From the NCBI GenBank assembly GCA_950097015.1, contig CATNEN010000038.1, positions 34,968,001 to 35,032,000 of the forward strand: DNA of 64,000 nt, in the 5' to 3' direction. The notes beneath the pieces are model-generated. The model had not been told where the DNA came from, did not search any database, and saw only the letters and a list, made by a program, of their open reading frames with translations. The DNA is from Macrostomum hystrix. Taxonomy: Eukaryota; Animalia; Platyhelminthes. Position numbers and translations under genes: made by a program. Shown one piece after another: positions 1 through 11,700 of the stretch (its first letter is position 1; the number at the start of each line of letters is the position of its first letter).

Positions 1-589
1 GTCAGCTGATTGCTTTTCATTCGTTTATTATAATTTATTTATTCAAGTAAAGGTTTCTTCGTTTAAAACAAGTCTAAGCATGCTTTCTTCACCTAAAAAA
101 TCTAGGAGAATGTCTGCGCATCTAAAAAAAGTAATATTAATAGTTACGCCCCACACCCACCACAGAAGTGGCCAAGAGGGGGGAAGAGAAGAGAATCGGA
201 GTATCGCTTTCAACCGACACTTTTTCAGTATCCTGCCTAGCACTGGCTATGAATGAATGATGAATGATGAATAATTTATACTAAACTCTTAACAGTAGAA
301 ATTGACCACGGGTTATTTCAAATCACAACACATCGTCATCGTCGGATTCAAGGATTCTCATCGGGCTGTCTGTTGGGAAAAAACCACCAATGCAGGCATA
401 ATTGTTCAGCTCACAAATCTTCATGATGTAACCATGGCAGCCATCATTGTTGGTTATTATTTACATTAGCGAATTAATATGGATTCGCCACGGAGACTTA
501 TACAGAGCAATGTTAGTTGTCCTTGCCATCAGGTTCTCTGACAAGAACCGCTGAATATTTCAAACATGCTGACGTCTGGTGGCTTTGAA

Positions 590-1308
590 AGTTAGTTCAT
601 CGTAAAGGGTCGAAAATTCTGATCCACATGGTTGGACGTTCTATGTATCTATCTATTTGCAGGGGGGCCCGGGGCACTTGTCGCACAAGCGACGGAGCGG
701 CACGCCCCCAGACCGGCGAACTAGGCGCTTTTGCGCCCATCGCGCCGCCTCCCCTGAGCAGGCACCACACACAGCAGCACAGACCAGCAGGGGAGGGCAG
801 GAGGCACCCAGAATAGGCAGCAGTGCCCCCCACCCCAGCCCCACACGCACATACGAGCTAGCAGACCAAGCCGGAAGGCTGATAAGAAATCAGTCCTCAG
901 GGGGGCGGGTGATGAGTGTACACTTATCCAATCGCGCTGACGGAAGTCCAGAAAGTGCGCGGCGGTGTACACCCGCCCTCCAGCCACCCCCCGCAAGGTC
1001 TCACGCCCCAGCGCCAACACACACAACTCACACAACGCAGAACAGTCACACAGAAGGTAGGAGCGAAGCTATTATTTCAAGCTTTGATTGCACGAAATAT
1101 GGTGCACCTCCGCCGGTCGCTACTGTCCAAACCCCCCAACAAGTCCCGAAATTAATCGTGACTTGAAGGGTGAATCGAACTAGCGTCCTTTGGAGTGCGA
1201 GGCAGCGACGTTAGCCGCTGACCCACTCGCCCCCTTGGTTGGACGTTCACGACAATCAGTCATTTGGTTTGGAAGCTATCATGAAGTAGGCAGTGGGTAT
1301 TTGAAAGA
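590..1308. repeat. Short dispersed repeat family D (~120 bp), here split by SINE A; other copies ~17425-17530 and ~44895-45013 (inverted)
   Basis: AGTTAGTTCATCGTAAAG...ATCCACATGG | ...GTCATTTGGTTTGGAAGCTATCATGAAGTAGGCAGTGGGTATTTGAAA matches the reverse complement of 44895-45013. The other two copies end in a GGGT...ACCC hairpin-like motif. Confidence 0.6.
642..1235 (-). mobile_element. tRNA-derived SINE, family A, copy 1
   Basis: Minus-strand head GGGGGCGAGTGGGTCAGCGG...GTTCGATTC (A/B-box-like) and (ATAG)n tail. 13-bp target-site duplication TGGTTGGACGTTC at 629-641 and 1236-1248. Near-identical to 12627-13211. Confidence 0.88.
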
Positions 1309-2789
1309 AAAGTCCGTTTCTTTCAACCAACGAGTAATTAAAGTCAATGCATTTTCAAACAAAGAAAATTTGTGCATTACAAATTGTTGAATTTTTTGCA
1401 TTCGCTAGCTAGAATAGGCAGAGACGCAAGCTTCAACAGAGGGTGAGAATGAATTCAGCTTTTTCATGGCACAAAAACTTTTCAAATCGGTTAAAATTAA
1501 CGCAAGTTATCTATTATTTTCTCCAATTAGTGAATTGTAAATTCACAGGCTCCATGACTTGACTTCGGCAAGCCCCAAAGTTTAACAAAAAATGTTTCCA
1601 CCCAGAAAATACGCAAAACACTTTCAGCCTCTGGCTTTTTCTATTTTTACGGAAAAGCTTGTCTAGAAATTGCAGTTTTCTATTTAGGCATTCAGCCTTT
1701 TTCCACACAGTCCAGCTCACGCAGTGAAACCTCCTTTAAAAAACTCTTTTTAAAAAGATCTTCCCCTATAATCGTCTTTTTTTCTAGAAGCGCTTCAGGC
1801 GACAAAATGTGGAAAGAAAAGCCTTCGTGTTTCCCTTTGCTATTGTCATTCAGATCTGCTATACTCTTCTAGAGCTATAGAAGAAAAAACTTTGGAGGGC
1901 CTGCAGCATGCATGGTATGAGCGGCAAGAATTTGGGATGCGGGTAAATGATGGCTGGTAGCTAACCTAGGCGGCCATCGTGTGAATGCTACGAAGCAAAA
2001 ACAATGGGGAGCCTGTTGCCCCTAGTAACCAGAGTTGACTATCGCATGCGTCCGCCTCATCGGGGCTCTTCTCTCGCTCCCGGTTTTGTTTACTTGCGCC
2101 ACGACCAGTCAGGAGGCAGCCCAAGCCTGTGCCGTCTGGCAATAATATAAAGTCCACAGTTTTACAGGCAAGCCTTGCTTTTCTTCACCGACTCTTTTTC
2201 CCACAAAAATCCATTGAGTTTTCCCTAACTATGCTCAACAAAACATGTTTCTGGTCGAGCCTTTCAAAATGCATCGTTTTTGGAATGATTCAGTTAAGTG
2301 AAACGGATCCAGTAATGTTGGATTTTGTTATTTGTTATTGTTAACTTTGAGTACTTTAAATTACTGATTTAAAAGCGCGCATAAAGCAAAACATTTTTAG
2401 TTAACAGACTGCAGGCTCCGGATCTACACATCGACCTGTCCCAGATCCTGGATTCATTCTTCCATCCTCAGCTATTTCGAGCCTTGCCAATTTTCTATTC
2501 TCAACTTCAGCATTTTCTTAGGGATTTATTTAGCCAGTGGAAGCTCAAATATAGGATTAGGAAGTTTATGGGTAGAACCAATTCCCATGTACAAGTATGT
2601 GGAGCACACTACTGTACATTTGTCCTACCTATTGCTTACATTTGGGTGACCTGATACTGTGCCATGCCATGCTATTGTATTTGTGATTTGAGTCGATTTC
2701 GATTGTGCATTTCATCTGCCAGATCAACTAAGCTCAGTACGCTCTACAGAACCTCCCCTTTGCGTCTTGAACGGCTTCAAATATTTTAG

Positions 2790-5700
2790 GGACGTCAACT
2801 TCCAGTACAACAACTGAGGACACGACCGTCAGTAGCACTGAGCCGGACAGTACCACCGCAACGCCGATGACAACTACCACGCCCTACGTGCCGCCCCGCC
2901 TCTACCCGCCCGTGATGGAGAATCGATTTCGTAAGGGTCTCCGCTGGTTCATTGCCTTTGTTTTTGTCGTGCTTTGTGGTTTACGACAGTTTTAATGGTC
3001 GCATCCTCCAAACCCAATAAAACATTCAAGGTATCAACTACTGGGCAACCTGTAATCACTACTGGCAGTTCAATAGTGACTTCACCATTCGCGACCTCGG
3101 TGCCCGCGAGACATTTGTGCGCTCCCAGGTCAACCGACGTAGAGACTATTTTCGTTTAGCCTGCAACGACAACCGGGCTAACAATGCGCCTTCTCAGGCA
3201 CCCGACCCGTCCTGCTGCGTTGCCTGTCGCGACGAGGACCTACTAGACCACGTACCGGGCTACAACTCCACTTGGACCAACATAACCAACGCGCTGGACG
3301 GGCTATTGCCAGACACTCTGACTCTAGCTGACGGACTGGACGCAGAAGACTTCAAGTCGGTTCGATTCGATGGCTCCGCATCCAGCTGCCTTCGATTGGG
3401 TAGTCTGTCCGCGGACGCGCCCTACAGCCGAATCTGCCTGCAACAGCCGGAGTTGTGCGACTATGGCATCAGCGGCTCATTGTGGGTAAACTTCACCGTC
3501 GAGAATTTTGCTAAGGAAGTGTTGCTCGCTACTGGTAAGAAAGATTGAATGTTAATAAAGTTGCAGTTAGTGAATTCAGTACAAATGATCTGATGACAGT
3601 ATTTTAATGTTCTTATTTCCTTGCCAATATTGAGGCTCTGGCTACAATCAGGGCTTCCAATTCTACACGGACCGGGGCAAGTTGTGCCTGAATGTAGCCG
3701 GAGCCCAAGGCCGTTGGTTGGCATGCTCTGACGGCTTTGATCGCAAAATCGGTCTGTGGCGCCTGCTAGGCTTCACTTGGGAACGCTACACAGGAATAAT
3801 ACGGGTGAGCTGGCCGAGTATCAGTGGCGTAGCAAGGATTTTTATACTGGGGGGTGCCACTGCGCCCTAAATGGGGGCGTCAATACCACGGGGAGGTTGC
3901 TATAATAATTTAATAATAATAATTGCAGGAGGGCTGCAGGCAATGGCACACCATTCGGTGACACTAGACCCGCAACCAACGAGGACACAATTCTGTCCAT
4001 TTCGATGGACAGAATCCTGAGCAGACACGCACACAAATCCCGTACGCAGGCACACGCCCACACAGGTGTTTATTCGAAGTATCTGCCCTGCCTTTCTCAT
4101 CGTCAGGCAGTGTACACTTTCACTCCGCCTTGGAGGTTGGCCCTTAAGGACGCAAGTATATGGTATTACCCCTATGGATTTATTTATTTGGCCGATAGAG
4201 TGAACGAGGCTGCATTTATTCCCCAGTTGGATTGGCCCATAGACCAGATAAATTTATTTATTTGGCCGTTGAAATTTATCTGGCCGGGACAGATAAACAT
4301 TCATCTGGTCCGGTGACAATTATCTGGCTTCAACTGTGGAATAAATACATTATCACCCACTTGTTTGACTTATCTATGGCCGAAAACGTCTTCGGACATC
4401 GTTTATTGGCCGAGGCGAAGCCGAGGCCATAGAAATGCAGCCCGAGGTCACTCTTGAGGCCCAAATTAAATGAATCAATAGGGGTAATACTCTATTTATC
4501 CCTCGCTTGGCTGACGGCGCTAAAGTCTGTAGTCTATGGTAAAAAAACTGGCCGGGCCAGATAAATGAATCTTGCTTTCCTATTGGCGGAGCCATTTATT
4601 TGGCCCGGCCCAAGTGGGGCATAAATTGCGCGACAAGCCCCTAAGCCTTCTCTCCGCGGCTGCAACTCAAATAAATGTGGCCGTACCGCAAAATCGAGCC
4701 AGTGACCTTGGTGCGAGAGGCAAACGCGTAAACCGCTCTGCCAACTCACCACCGACGCCACAGTCACGGGGACGCCACTACTTTGCGGGCGCCACTACCA
4801 GTGGAGGTGCCAATACTTGTACGATGGGACGCCACATAGTTTCATTAGCCGATATGGGGAGGGCAAGGGCCTTCCCCCCTGTGGCTACGCTCCAGTCTAG
4901 CAACAGGAAAGTTTTGTTCAACTAGCGGCGGCTCTGCTTCTTTGAATTTGAAATTATACACTCGAAACGGCCCGAAAAATAAAATTAAACTATAAACTGG
5001 CGGAAACTGCTTTTACTGTGATCGCTACAGTAGTAGGAGGGTAAGGTCCTGTTGCTTGAGAATCCCATATCCTAACCGAAGTCTCTGTCCCTGATACGCA
5101 TTTAAGTACCGGCTACACGCCGGTACGGGTGACATATGGTTCCCTCCAGACTGATTGCGGCCACTCACCAGCCTTACCCGGCCACAGCCAATCGCAAGCA
5201 GACTGGGGGGTAGGAAAAATCCCTGGCTGGCCTAGGGCTCAGCGTAAGAATTACCATGAGAGGACGGGCCAGCCAATCGTGACGAAGCACAAGCCCAAAA
5301 GAGAGAAGGTGTCAAACACTAGTTAGACCTGAACCGAATTAGCTACATAGTTGCATTGCTTGTATTATAATGTGCAGTTCTAGGGGTCGTCAAAGTCTGA
5401 GTGGCATAGGTCGTCCAAGGACCACATTTATCTACGCTAAAGCAAGGACACTGGAATGTTTTCCTGGAAAACTTTTTAGCTCTGCTTTCGTAAAAAATTG
5501 CAATTAGTAGGATATTTAAAAGTTATGTCTTTGTAACGAAAAGGTTGCCCTCTGTTTTCTCGCATCCCTAAATTATAAATATAGGGATATATATTATTTC
5601 CCTTCATTCAACGATTAAACCAGTAAATTCCTATTTTCCTTTCTTGTAGTCTATTTTCTTTATTTTGTTTCATTAAAGAAAACATGTTCGTTTATTTGCT

Positions 5701-8700
5701 GCGCTGAAAATCGTCATAGTCCAAGCTAGAAACTATATCGTATGTGTTACCAGATCATATTTCGTGTATCTTGTGGAAGCATTGAACTTCTCTAAATATC
5801 TTGCGACTTTTTAGATCAATTCGGCCGATTCACTTCGCAGATGACAGAGGCTGAAATTCTGTGCAAACCAAGCAAATAAAAATAATTTTCTGAATGAAGC
5901 AGATCAACATTTACACACATTTTTACTGTATCATTTTCGTATCTGGTCATTTTTTACGAAACACAAAAAGCGACCCATTTAGAATGTCCTGTCCGTTTTC
6001 TTAAGCAGTCATTCGGGCCGACATTGTAGTCAAAAGCTGATTAATTTACAAAGCGATAATTTCGTTTGGCGATGATAACGACATAAACTTCTCTAACAAG
6101 GACAAGTTTCCTGAGCTCGCTACCAAGGTCCCTGAGCTCGACTCCGCGGCGAGGCCACATTCATTTCAAGTTTGAGGCTTGACGTGCAATTTACGCCCTT
6201 GAGAAATTGTACACTGCCTGACGATGAGAAAGTCAGGGCGGATGTACACGCTTTGTGTGAGTGTGTGCCTGCGTACGGAATCTGTGTGCTTAGGAGTCAG
6301 CGAAATGGGCAGAATTGCCTCCTCGGGTCAAGTGTCTCACAATAATGCTATTGCCTGCAGCCCTCCTGCAAAAAAAATTATTATTGAAGGAACTGAATTC
6401 GCGCACTTTTTTATTCCCTATAACCATTTTTCATTTGTAGATCTACATTGACAACTCAGTATCAACATACTATTACCTGAGTACTTACCAGAGTACCGAA
6501 GCTCAAGGTCTACCGGCAGCGGAGCTTCGAATGGGGTGCGAGATATCCGGAGCAGCTACCGGCAGCTGGAGTAGCACCAGCTACCTGCAGGCTCAGGCCG
6601 TTCATCCGGCTCTGTGGCTTTGGCCCATCAGCGAAGACAATCTGATCATTTTGACTGGAGCACTGGGTGAGACACTTTAATAGGAAATTTGTTGCAATTA
6701 GTGACAACGAGTATTGGAAGTAAAGTTAGCGTACGCCTTTGATTTCAGTTTATAAGCTGATCAAGTACCAGCCACACATGACCACACCTCAGCCGACCTC
6801 TCCGACCAAGGCCAACTTTCCTTATTCGACCATCTTGAAGCATCTGACCTACCCGACTGCCGGCTTCAACCCGTACTATGAAATGGCAGACTTCTATCTC
6901 CGAGCTGGAGTGGGTCTGGGTGATCTGACGTCAAGCGTAGCCGCGTCTTCGAACGTCGCGGTGACCAACTGGGCCCGGGGAGACACAACCGAGGCCAGCT
7001 TCCAGATCAGCTCCAACAGAGCTCAACTGAATGTCGGCAATCTAAGCCACAGCTGTTTAGCTACTCAGTCGCTCTGTTCAACTGGAATTTCAGCTTCAGT
7101 TTGGCTTCAGGTGGCTCAGTCAGTACCAAGCGGAGAGTCTGAGTTTCTTAGGTTCAGCGTCGTTTCCCTCAGACTTGTCAGCGCGGCAGGATCGATAGCC
7201 GTGCTTGTCAGAGCTGAAAGTAGATCGATCAGCTGTCTCATCAGCTATCAGCGTTGGATTAACATTGGCTTTGTATATGACCAGCGAGGTGCGGTGCTAT
7301 CTCTGTCGCTCTACATCAACGGTGTTTCGTGTGGAACGACTAATACAGGTGTGACACCTAGCATTGGCAACCATATTGCCAGCGTGACGATTGGTTCATC
7401 AAACTTTAGTGGCACAACGCCATCAGGAGCTGTGCTCAACCACTTGGCCATTTGGTATCGAGCGCTTGAGGACTTCGAGTCTCATAGGTTCCTGGGCTAT
7501 ACTCGAGACCAGTATAGGTTCATGCGGACGGCGAGCTACTACTGGACAAACGATCCAGTCATCTGTGGTGACAGTCTCATTCTCAAGGACACCACCAATT
7601 ACCAGTTAAAGTCTCTTTACTATTTCCATTTTCGCAATTTGATTGGCTCCGCGATAGCACTAGAACTTGATAGGTACAACAAGTCGATGATAACCAGACT
7701 GAGCGCCAGTTGGCTGGGCCAGTTCTTTCTTGGAAATGACATTCAGCAGCGACCAACAGAGGACTCAATCGACTGGGCTGGCAAGTGCATCACGGATCCC
7801 TACCTGCGCAAATGCCAAATCAGCGGCCTGACTATGCACATGTGGATTAACATAAAGAGCGTTGATCCAGTCAAGAAGCAGTTTTTCTTCTGCTCCGGTG
7901 ACTTTGCTGATACCAGATCTGTAAAACTCGACACACGGGGCATCAGTTTGTTTACCAGCGGGAGATTGCTCGGCGCTTCCGTGTCCACGGACAGGTACGA
8001 CTGGACCATTGTGATTGACGCCAATCGATTCAAATTAGACGAATGGTTTAATTTAGGATTAACATGGAGCCTGCAGGAGGGCATACGCCTGTTTCTGAAT
8101 GGCATAGACTATGGCATTCGAAATCAACGCCCTGACATCAGCTACAAGGCATTCGACAGGCACACCAGGGCTATTGTTGGAAGGTTCGATGACGACCAGA
8201 ACAGCACATGGAAGGACAACCTGGAGTGGATAATGGGGAACTTTTCTTTCACAGATCTAGTCTTCTATGAGAGGTGGCTGAGCCCAGAAGAGTTCGCTGC
8301 CTCCGTTGGCAGTGTAAATAATCGCTACTATCTGGAGAGCGACCTGCTGATTTGGGGCAAACAAATCATAGACACGGAGTTCCTACTTTTGAAGCAAGCT
8401 AAGATGCTCTCTGCGCCAATCGGACCGTTTGGCAATGTCAGCTGCGATCGAACCGACTTTACTAAAATTGGAGTCAACAGCCAGGTTGGAATCAAGGCGT
8501 TTAAAGCTGACAAATGTCCAAGACGATTGAGCACCTGTAAGACCCAGGTGGTTGTGACATTGTGGCTGAGGCTTCTTACTCTCAGCAATTCAGCTCCTCA
8601 GACAATAATTACGTTGGGTAACGAGACTGATCAATTCGAAGGCTTCGGGTTGAATGTCAGCACTGATGGGAGCTTAGCCGCGTGGGTGAAGCCGTCTGGC

Positions 8701-11700
8701 TGGACCAGGAGGATGGTGACTCGTTCAAAAGTAAAGATACGCCTAGGTCGCTGGTCAAATGTGGCCTTGTATCTGTCTCAATTCAGCCTATATCCGACCA
8801 TCTTCCTGAACGGTACGAATGTGAGTGCCAGTCTCGAGTATGTGGCTGCAGAGTCCACGGGTGGTTCCGCGTACTCAAACAGTTCTTCTTCTGGAACTTT
8901 GACAGTAGGAAGAGCAGCAGATTCAATGACGGCTCCAAACAGCTCTTTTCAGTTATTTTTACTAGCCGGCTGGTTCAACCGGGTGTTGTCAAGTAGTCAG
9001 CTCAACTTTATTGTCGGTGTTCAGAACAGTCAGTACGACCTACTGCGCTTAGCTGACGATTACTGGACAGTTGCCGGGCTGTGGTCTAAACTGCAGCCCT
9101 ACCCCCTACAAGGGATTAATATAGACTTAAGCGAAGATAAGTTCGGCACTGAGAATGGAGCAATGTGCACCCGAGGAACAGGTGGATCGTATGTGGTCCT
9201 GGGAAATCTGCAGGACAGTTGTCTTTTCGACACCTCGCTTTGCAAGGCGTTCAGTTTGACGCTGGTTGTAAAGCCAGTCTTGCCTAAACTGGCTGATACG
9301 GGCTACTTATTTAGCTCTGGTGGACAGAATGCCGGTCATTTGGGAACTGCAGTGGCAGTAACTGGCGATGGCTACCTAAGAGCCATTGTACGCAGTCCCA
9401 ACAGGACCTGCATTGCCACCGCACCTTTTAACTACTCAGACTGGGTGCTGTTGCAGATCTACTGGTACGCAGACACCAATCTCGCTGTGAAGGTCAACGA
9501 GGTTGCTATTACAAGCTCGGAGAATGTCAGTGCATCTTGCTGGCAGGAAACTAATGTCAATAGAAATAGCACAATGGGTCAATTAGGAAAATTGAACAGC
9601 AACGCATCAAATGCTGCCGCTGCTTGCTTCAGCGACGTCATGTTTAAATACCAACCGTTAGGCGCCACAGTCGCCATATCAACAGACATAACAGCGTTGT
9701 GCTACGAAATGTTCACAACTCGTTTGTCTTTGTATGCAGCTGGAAACAGTAACTATGACAACAAGGCCAATCAGAGCAGTCGTTTTGTTACTAGCGAATA
9801 TGTTGATATAGGGAACGAAGTGTGCGTCTTCTCCGGTACAGGCTGTTCCAGAGGCTTCACTGTGTCCATCTGGTGTCGCATAGAACACGTGGGCACAACT
9901 GATTATTTCGATGTTCTGTCTATGGGCTATCCTACAAATCAAGGACTTCGCATCAGAGCAAAGAGAATCTCCCCGGCGGCTAGTGATTTGGCACTCATGG
10001 TAGAGGCCAACGTTGCTGGGAAATTTTGGCAAGTCACTATCGCAGAGAGCTCGGTCCGGCAGATTTCAATCGGCGCTTGGGCCAATTTGGCAGTCAGCGT
10101 CTCAACGTCAGTGGCCATCGAAGTATACATAAATGGGGTCCAAGTCGTTGCTTCCACTCGCTTTGAAGTCCAGAGCTTAACTCCAGCCACCGGTACGAGA
10201 GCACTTCTTGGCTCCGCGTCTGCTGTTGTGCTAATGAGCGACCTGGTATTCTGGAACGAGCCTCCAATAAGTTGCTTGGATCCTTTAAAAAACATGATGG
10301 TGCTGACAGGTGTCTGTTCAACTGGGGTCAGAATTCTTCCTACCACGTGCCTTCCATCTGGCAGTTGTCAAAGTACGCTAATAAATGGAATTTGCATGGA
10401 CAAAGAGTTCAGCAATGTCATCGCGATTGGCAGTTCAGATCGGAAGTTTTCAAGCCAGATGGAAGCCGATACCGCATGCCAAGTAATAGCTGGCACAGCG
10501 GAAGCCAAAGGTTTTAGATCTGACTTCGCTCAATCCAGCTTCGACATACTGACTCGCATTTCAACAAACTTGCAAATCGTGTCAGGTGGCACAAACAATG
10601 CAACATTGGGCACCAGTTTGAGCGCATTCAGCCAGGCATTTAGCGCCGTCATGAATCCGAAATTTGCTGATCAGTTCAGATCAGAAGTCGATTCGGGGAG
10701 ACTCAATCCCACCGCAATGTTTAGCGCCGTAGAGTCTTTGTCGCTGCGGCTGGTATTTCAACTAGTCACTGTGTGCAACCCCACAACATTAACCCGCGGT
10801 CCGTTGCACTGGAGCCAGCAGGTGATCAGTTCTGCTTGCATTGACCAACCGATTGACGCCCTTCGCTACACAGATGCTACCCGCAGCTTGTGGATGCAGC
10901 CAACCGATTCTGTGCTTCTGCCCGTGAGTTTTTTCACCGTCCTGACCAAAGCTGGCACTAATATCAAAGTAGCCTGTGTTGTGTATGATCACATCAACGA
11001 TTTGCTTCCTATTGATGCTACGAATGATACCGTGACATCTACTATTGCGAATGGCAGCATTGTTCTAAAGGTAAATAGTCGGGTAGTGTCAATAGTTACC
11101 AGCGTTCCAAGCACAATGACTCAGAGGATGGATCAGCCGGTCAATTTGACGCTTCAACTGGTTGTGCCTAACAAAAGAAGCACTACAAACGGAGCGGTGA
11201 TGCAGCTGGAAACAAGATGCGTCTTCTGGGACACGAGAAGGACAAGCAGCTCCATTTATGGTCGAGGGATGTGGTCCACAGAAGGCTGTGTGAAGCTTTG
11301 GGAAGATGAAACCTCCGTGACCTGTAGCTGCAATCACCTCACAAGCTTTGCAGTTTTGATGCAGCCAGCGCCTGTATATTACAACGACATTAACGCTCTG
11401 ATCTTGGCTTACATCAAGTACATTTTCTCATGTTTATCGCTATTGTGTCTGTTGCTATTCATAATTGTTGTTTCCTACAACAAACAGCTTCACGGAGAAT
11501 TGTACATTCTTGAGCTGAACCTCGCTGCTGCAGTGTTTCTTGGTCAGCTAGCATTCGTTATGACAGAAAGTGCAAAGAGCCATGCAGATTTCTGCAAGGC
11601 TGTCTCGGTGATGATGCATTTGTTTTTTGTCGCTGGCATGGCCATGCTGTTGGCGGGGTCGGTGTGGCTCTTCCACGCCGTAGTCAAAGGCGTCATCCGC

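Larger units (their letters stand above)
3821..4895. mobile_element. Degenerate hAT-like MITE hosting nested insertions
   Basis: Begins CAGTGGCGTAGC (hAT-type terminus) and ends with an imperfect complement GCTACGCTCCAG; internal G[G/A]CGCCA-like repeats. No intact 8-bp TSD. Confidence 0.4.

Noticed and set aside
380-590. Possible first exon(s) or signal peptide of the adhesion GPCR
   Set aside because: No ATG-initiated hydrophobic ORF with a compatible donor could be established by eye.
597-1166. Several overlapping ORFs duplicated at 12618-13146
   Set aside because: They lie in GC-rich SINE A copies, and the frames differ between copies.
1165-1235. Possible tRNA gene on the minus strand
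   Set aside because: A/B boxes are present, but it is the head of a ~590-bp TSD-flanked SINE with no convincing cloverleaf.
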